DNA from: Eledone cirrhosa
Lineage: Eukaryota
Direction: 5' to 3'
Assembly (NCBI GenBank): GCA_964016885.1
Contig: OZ024760.1
Location: forward strand, 13,950,001-14,014,000
Length of the DNA stretch: 64,000 bases
Within the stretch, counting starts at the first letter, position 1. Every line of letters starts with the position of its first letter. Below, piece after piece: positions 57,800 to 64,000 of this stretch. The notes beneath the pieces were generated by a model. It saw nothing but the letters and a program-made list of their open reading frames with translations. It ran no database searches and had not been told where the DNA came from. The position numbers and the translations under genes are program-made.

Positions 57800-59690
57800 C
57801 AGCAATATACTGTAGATGCCCAGGGAAAAATACAATGTTGTCACCTCAAAATGGCCGTAACAATCGAACCGTGATGCGAGCTGAAAAGTATGAGGGTTTC
57901 TATGAGGCTGAAGGAGATTCAGTAAATGAAGGCCGGAGAATTGTTCTTCCACCTTCAATCTATGGTTCCCAATCGCTTCTACAGTGAGTGCTTTCAGAAT
58001 TCGATGACTGTGGTTCGACATGGTAAAGTCGTCTTATTTCATCACGGTAACAACTAACTCTAACTGGGATGAAATAAAAAATAATTTGCACCCTAGTCAA
58101 GAACCTAGAGACCGCCCTGATATTTGTGCAAGATTCTTCAACATCAAGTATGACAGCCTCATGGGTGACATACTGAAAAAGAAAATGTCCTAGGAAAAGT
58201 TGTTGCTCGTTCTGCTACAATAGAGTGGCAGAAACGAGGCCCCACTCATGCTCATATTCTGCAGATAATGGCTGAAGATAGTAAGCACAAAACTGCTGAT
58301 GACATTGATCAGGTAGTGTACTGTGAGATTCCAATTCTAGAGAAGATCATCCCCATCTTGCAACATTCATGGCCCATGTGGACAAGTTAATATGATGTGC
58401 TCATGAAAGGAAGGGCTAGGACAACAATAACAATGCTCAAACAGTTATCCCAAGGCAAACCGCATTTGTTGCCAAAAGTTCCTTTTCAAAGTATAGAAGA
58501 AGGGGTAGATAGCATGGTCAATTGTGAGGTTGTCTACAGTGTCAAGGCTGTTAACTAATTAAAGTACATCACAAAAGGATCAGACAAAATCACTTTCACT
58601 ATTAACGATGATCGAGGAAATTGTGTCCATGCTCGAAATGAAATTGAGACCTATATCAATGCATGGTACATCTCAGCCAGTGAAGCATTCTGGAAAGTTG
58701 CCTTGCCATTTACCTGGGGAACAAATGGTCGTGTTTGAGCAAGAGCAGGAAGAAAGTTCTTTCTAGGGGACAGCCAATGACTAAGTTCACGGAATATTTT
58801 CAACTGAATATTAGAGACCCGCTGGAACAAGATATATTGTATATTGATATTCCTAAATATTTCACTTGGACAAACAAAAAATGGCAAAGAAAAAAAGGGG
58901 ACATCTGGATGGTGATCAACAATTTATGAGTGAATCTCTTGGACGCATTCTCAGAAGACATCAATCTGAATTATATTACCTCAGAATGATCATACATCAC
59001 AAGGCTGGGTAAACTTCATATAAAGATTAACTTAGTCTGTTGGTCCTCAGCTGCCACAGATCTTCTGCACCATTTTATTGCACTGCATGCCAAATGACCC
59101 TCTGCAGTTCTGGGAGAAATGGAAGAATTGTCTTGCAGAGGATATTATGCATGAACGTCATGAGCAATTCATGTCCATGCAAACAAATAAATTAACTTCT
59201 GCCAACATTGAATCCTCAGCAACTGGTTCTTTTTCACAAAGTAATTACCTCTGTAAATGAAAATGAGGGCAGAATTTTCTGCTTGAATGCAAGTGCAGGT
59301 ACAGGTCATAAGCATTCTAATGGATTACCTCCAATGTAAAAAATAATTGCACTTGCCACTGCCATATCTGGAATAGCAGCCACTTTGCTTCACAAACAAA
59401 GAACTCTTCATTCCAAGTGCACGATTCCTCTCAATATGACTGCTGAATCAACTTGCTTCTTCACAAAGAGGGATGACACAGGTAAACTTATGCAGCAAGC
59501 TGACCTGTTAATCATTGATGAGAGAGGTATGGGACATAAGAATATCTTTCAATGCCTGACAGGAGCTTCAAAGATGTTCGAGATTGCAAAAAGCCATTTA
59601 GTGGTATCTGGTGACTAAAACCAAATTCTTCCAGTTCTACGTCATGGTGATAGACCACAAATAGTTGAAACAACCTTCAAGGGCAGACAT
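57800..59690 (+). mobile_element. decayed autonomous Helitron Rep-helicase
   Basis: GRRIVLPPS, FITVTTNSNWDEI, DRPDICARFFNIK, IEWQKRGPTHAHIL (HUH), KYITKGSD, YISASEAFWK, NASAGTG (Walker A-like), SGIAATLL..RTLHS, LLIIDE, GD*NQILPV; many frameshifts. Confidence 0.92.
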
Positions 59691-60169
59691 TTATCTACAA
59701 ACACAATTCTCACGTATGTTGCATTATCACAAAAAAGAAAATATTAAAATATTAAATGAAAGGTGTCTGTTTGCTGGCAACTGTGTCTACAAAGAAATTC
59801 TACAGTCATGTGAAACAGCTATCACTCTTTTAGTTGAAATGCATTTCAGTTTCTTTTTAAATGATAGAAAAGGGACACTACAAAAACTTATGTCTATATA
59901 TACTAGCAGAAAAACGCCCAAAGGGCAGTTCTTCAGCTAGCATATATAAATATATGTCGTCTCTCTCGGTGTATGTGTGTGTATGTGTGCATATATATAT
60001 AATGATAAAATGCGAAATACTTTCAGATGTTAAAGTCCTTTATTGATAATGCTGCGATACATATTTGTATGACGATATATATATATATATAGTTATAACA
60101 GGGGAGGGTCATATTGTTATAAATATTGCAAGAAATAATAACAGAACACACGGTTTGGTTTGGGTTGTT

Positions 60170-60445
60170 TTTCGGTGTAGGTGTTGATGAATGGCTTGTG
60201 AGGACATTGCAAGCTTTGTACAGAGGTGCTGTCAGTAAAGTGAGGGTAGGAATGGAGTTTAGTGACAAATTCCAGATACAAGTAGGAATACATCCTGTTT
60301 ACAGAAACTTATCTATGCTGATGATAAAATCAGTAGAAGAGCTTGAGAATAAATTCTGGCTATGAAAACAGAGTTGGAATTAAGAGGACTGAGAGTGAAC
60401 ATAGCTAAGACAAAATTGTTGATGAGTAGAAAAGAGGACAAAACT
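60170..60445 (+). mobile_element. RTE RT fragment
   Basis: GVDEWLVRTLQALYRGAVSKVRVGMEFSDKFQIQVGIH, a YADD-like atctatgctgatgat, and GLRVNIAKTKL. Confidence 0.8.
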
Positions 60446-60449
60446 CAGC

Positions 60450-61285
60450 GGAGAAGGAAACTATGAATAAAATGGCGAGCTGTGTGGTTGCATTTAAGTA
60501 TAATGAAAAGAAAAGTTATGGGCAAAAGAGCGCAATATCCATCGTCAGTTGTCTGCTAGGAATCATAGGCATTTCTTCGCGTTAGAGACAAGATTCCTCA
60601 ACCTAGGGCGAACAATAACTAAAATAAGTTATTGGAATAAAAAAAGGGGGAGAGAGAAAAATGAATACACACATGAAGGGTGAAGAAACGAAAAGAGGAA
60701 AAATCAAGTCAACAACTCATTTTGAACATAAGTTCTGGTGGGTTTAACGAGAAAAAAAAATACATGTCTTCACTGTAGCAGTGTGAGTGAGAGAAGAGAC
60801 TGCTTTAGAAGTGGCAGGTTAGCCGAGAGAAGGTGACTAGCAGAAGAGGGAGAAGGGGGAGAGAGAGCATAGCAACAAGGGGATAGAAGAGAGATGGGTC
60901 ACAACCGAGAAGAAAACTATGTGAATAAAATGGCAAGCTGTGTGGTTGCATTGAAATATAATCAAAATAAAAGTTACGGGCAAAAGAGGGCAATATCCAT
61001 CGTCAGTTGTCTGCTAGGAATCATAGGCATTTCTTCGCGTTAGAGACAAGATGCCTCAACCTAGGGCGAACAATAACTAAAATAAGTTATTGGGATAAAA
61101 AAGAGGGGAGAGAGAGAGAAAAATATAAACAGACACAAAGGCTGAAGCAACAAAAAGAAAGGAAAAAAAAAAAAAAAAAAAAAATCGAGTGAACAAATTG
61201 ATTTCGAACACAAGTTCTGGCGGGTTTGATAAGAAAAAAAAGACACATTCACTGTAGAAGTGTGAGCAAGAGAAGAGACAGTTAC
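60450..61285. repeat. direct tandem duplication, ~458-bp period
   Basis: gcaatatccatcgtcagttgtctgctaggaatcatagg at 60532 and 60990, with collinear flanks. Confidence 0.9.
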
Positions 61286-61438
61286 GGACGAGGAAGGAAG
61301 TGAGCTAGCAGATTAGTGAGTGAAAATAAGAGAAAGCCAGAAACATACATATATATATATATATATATACATACATATAAATATATGCATATATACACAT
61401 ATATACATACATATAAATATATACATATATACATATAT

Positions 61439-62040
61439 ATGGTGGTTGCCAACTCTTTTTCGAGTACGGCCCCTACTTTATATCCATGTAGGAGAACCCC
61501 TACCGATGGGCTGAACGAGTGTGACGTTTTAGTCCAGCCAGTGACTTGAAAACTCTGGTACAAACACTACACTTGTGACAATTATTGACAGTGCTGGGCC
61601 CATGGTTCCATGTGACGACAAGTGCAGAGAGATCTCCAGATATAAAGCAATGCCTGTGCTGTGAAGCTTTTATAGTGAGCAAAGGCACTGCACAAAGCCA
61701 GTCCCACTCTCTTAACCAAGATGATATTTACCAAAAAGAAAAACAAGTCAACATCATTGGATACCATCAGGGTTGCAGGTGTTATATCAGAGTTTTCCTT
61801 CTCCTAGAATTCTGCCTTGACACAGGCTAAGGGGTCATCTCTCCCGGTGATTTTGGATGGCCATTGACTCTTAAGAGCTCCTTTGCCCTTTGACAGGTTT
61901 TGTTTTTAGTCCTGCAGGATGTCCAAAGTCACCCTCCTCACCAAGAAACCTTAGTGGGGTTGCCAGTTTAGTCGCCAACGACCCGACCAGGAGACAGGTT
62001 GTACTGGGATACATGTTACCAGTAGCACCAACTGGTGACC
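61439..62040 (-). mobile_element. RTE-like LINE 3' end (inverted copy of 19480-20071)
   Basis: CHKCSVCTRVFKSLAGLKRH; paralogous ORFs in the track. Confidence 0.7.
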
Positions 62041-62086
62041 TGACATAATATATATGTATGTACATATATATCTATACACACACACA

Positions 62087-62525
62087 AGTGAGATGCGCGA
62101 TGCTGCATGGTAGTGAGACATGGACAGCAACTGCAGAGGGTATGCGATGGCTGGAGAGAAATGAAGCAAGCACGCTCCGTTGGATGTGCAATGTCAATGT
62201 GCGGGAACGACCAAGCATAAACGAGTTGAGAGAGAAACTGTGTTTAAGAGGGATAAGTTGTGGTGTGCAAGAGAGGACTGAGATGGTATGGACATGTGAT
62301 GCGCATGGAGGTTGAGCGCTGGGTAAAGAAGGGAGACGCAGTAGAGGAAGACCACGAAAAACATGGGTGGAGGTGGTGAGAGCCGACTTCAGATCGCTGA
62401 AACTCACCAAGGAGATGACGAAGGACCGTGACAAGTGAAGCGATGCTTTGCTCAAGAGGACCTGTCCCACCCTTTCAAGCAGGGAAAAGCGGACGTAAAA
62501 TGATGAACAGACGATGATAATGATG
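62087..62525 (+). mobile_element. RTE LINE 3' end
   Basis: VRCAMLHGSETW..LERNEASTLRWMCNV..ELREKL; GRRSRGRPRKTW; (GAT)n tail. Confidence 0.85.
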
Positions 62526-63014
62526 CTCTCTATATATCTATCTCTCTATCAATCTATCCAGATATCTGTGCATCAGTCTATCTATAAACACCCTCCTGCA
62601 CTTCTCACTCCGTCTCAGGATCACCGAGACATCACCAACAACCAACCCACGCTGTGGGAAACAGTCCTCCCCGGGGCACACCCTGGTACTTCACACCATC
62701 TGTCTGTCTCGCTGCCTAACTACCGAGAAATCCGGCTTCTGTGCTTGCCTAATTTGTAGGTTATTAGGCAGTTGGCAGGTTTGCGGAAGTTGGTTTTGCA
62801 AATGGTTAAAACACTTGCATCACAAAATTCAAATAGCATCACTCCTTGTTTTATCTTTCTCGTCTTTACCTAGGCCTGCATAAGTTAGTGTTACGGTTAG
62901 TGTTACTGTTAGCGTTACGGCTAGTTTTAGGGTTAATTGAGAGCAAGAAACTGCTGCTAGGTAAAGACAAGAAATTCTGCATTTACAAGCAATTTTTACA
63001 AACAGCCACAATGA

Positions 63015-63960
63015 CAGGACGGAGACATCGTTATGCTAGCAGGGGATTTCAATGGTCATGTTGGACAGCTCTACGATGGTTACACTGAGGTACATGTTGG
63101 GCACACTTACGGCTTAAGAAATGAAGCAGTGAAACTTCTTGAATTTTGCGATGCAATTGCACTAACCATCTACAACACTAACTTACACAAATCTGCCAAC
63201 CACCTAATAACCTACAAATCAGGCAAGCACATAAGCCAGATTGACTTCTTGCTAGTTAGGCAGCGGGACAGGCAGATGGTGTCAAATACAAAGGCATACC
63301 CCGGGGAAGAATGTACCCCAAGCAAGAGACTGAATGAGACATACAGGAAGGTGTGGAAAAAAGAAAGGTCTGGAAGCTAAAAGAGCTCTCACTAAAATAC
63401 AAATTTAGGAAAGCCCTTCAATATGTGTATGATGAAAAAGAAGACCATTTAGAGTCGTACAACATAGATGATAACTGGAATTTCTTATGCGATACCTTAC
63501 TGCAGGTTACTGATGAAACTTGTGGCTGGATCAGAGTTCCAACCAGACAGAGAGTGACATGGTGGTGGGACAGCACGGTAGATCGGGCCATTGGAGACTA
63601 AAGACTAGCATGGAATGCTTGCAAAATTAGTGCGAGTAGAGAAGAATATACAGCCGCTAAGAGAGAAGCTAGACGTCAGGTGTACTTAGCATGCAAGGAG
63701 GCTGCTCGACGACGTGCGCTGTTCCGTACTGCGAGGCAGTGTGTCAGTGCAAATCGGGATTAAGTCTGTCCGCAATGATGCCGCTGTACTTTGTGTCACG
63801 AATGAGTGTTGATGAGTAGAAAAGAGGACAAAACTCTATTCCGTCAGGGAAATGGCCATGTTCGATATGCAGAAACGGAACTGGCATAAATTATATAAAA
63901 CGTACACAAAAGATCGAGTGCGATAGCAGGCACGTAGTGGGATAGCAGGCAAACTAACAG
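63015..63960 (+). mobile_element. RTE LINE endonuclease and linker fragment
   Basis: AGDFNGHVG..GLRNEAVKLLEFC..NT..HLITYKSG...QIDFLL..YPGEEC; RQRVTWWWD. Confidence 0.88.
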
Positions 63961-64000
63961 CATATTTTGATTATAATAAAACAAATAATAATAGTAATAA

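Noticed and set aside
62880-62936. Telomere-like gttag(t/c/g)gtta hexamers
   Set aside because: Short and degenerate; not a true (TTAGGG)n tract.

Overview
AT-rich, repeat-saturated animal genomic DNA. The SINE, RTE, Dong/R4, Helitron and microsatellite content strongly resembles an octopus (coleoid cephalopod) genome; this is recognised by eye, not by search. No intact protein-coding gene is visible, only one good candidate exon (45200-45346, minus). Nearly all long ORFs in the track are microsatellite artefacts. Contents: tRNA-derived SINEs, at least three with the A-box-containing 5' head amplified into a tandem array (one is a 3.3-kb, ~78-unit array inside a single TSD-bounded insertion); decayed RTE, Dong/R4, CRE-like and L1/Tx1 retrotransposons; autonomous-derived and non-autonomous Helitrons; a ~14-kb three-copy tandem segmental duplication; a 6.4-kb (TA)-rich array and a 200-N gap. 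The most striking signal is a set of hammerhead ribozymes read by hand. Three have intact catalytic cores (54465-54542, 56783-56821, 57115-57198, all minus) and several are variant or degenerate. They occur in inverted or tandem arrangements typical of Penelope-like elements and non-LTR retrozymes, including a candidate 208-nt self-cleaving, possibly circular RNA monomer.
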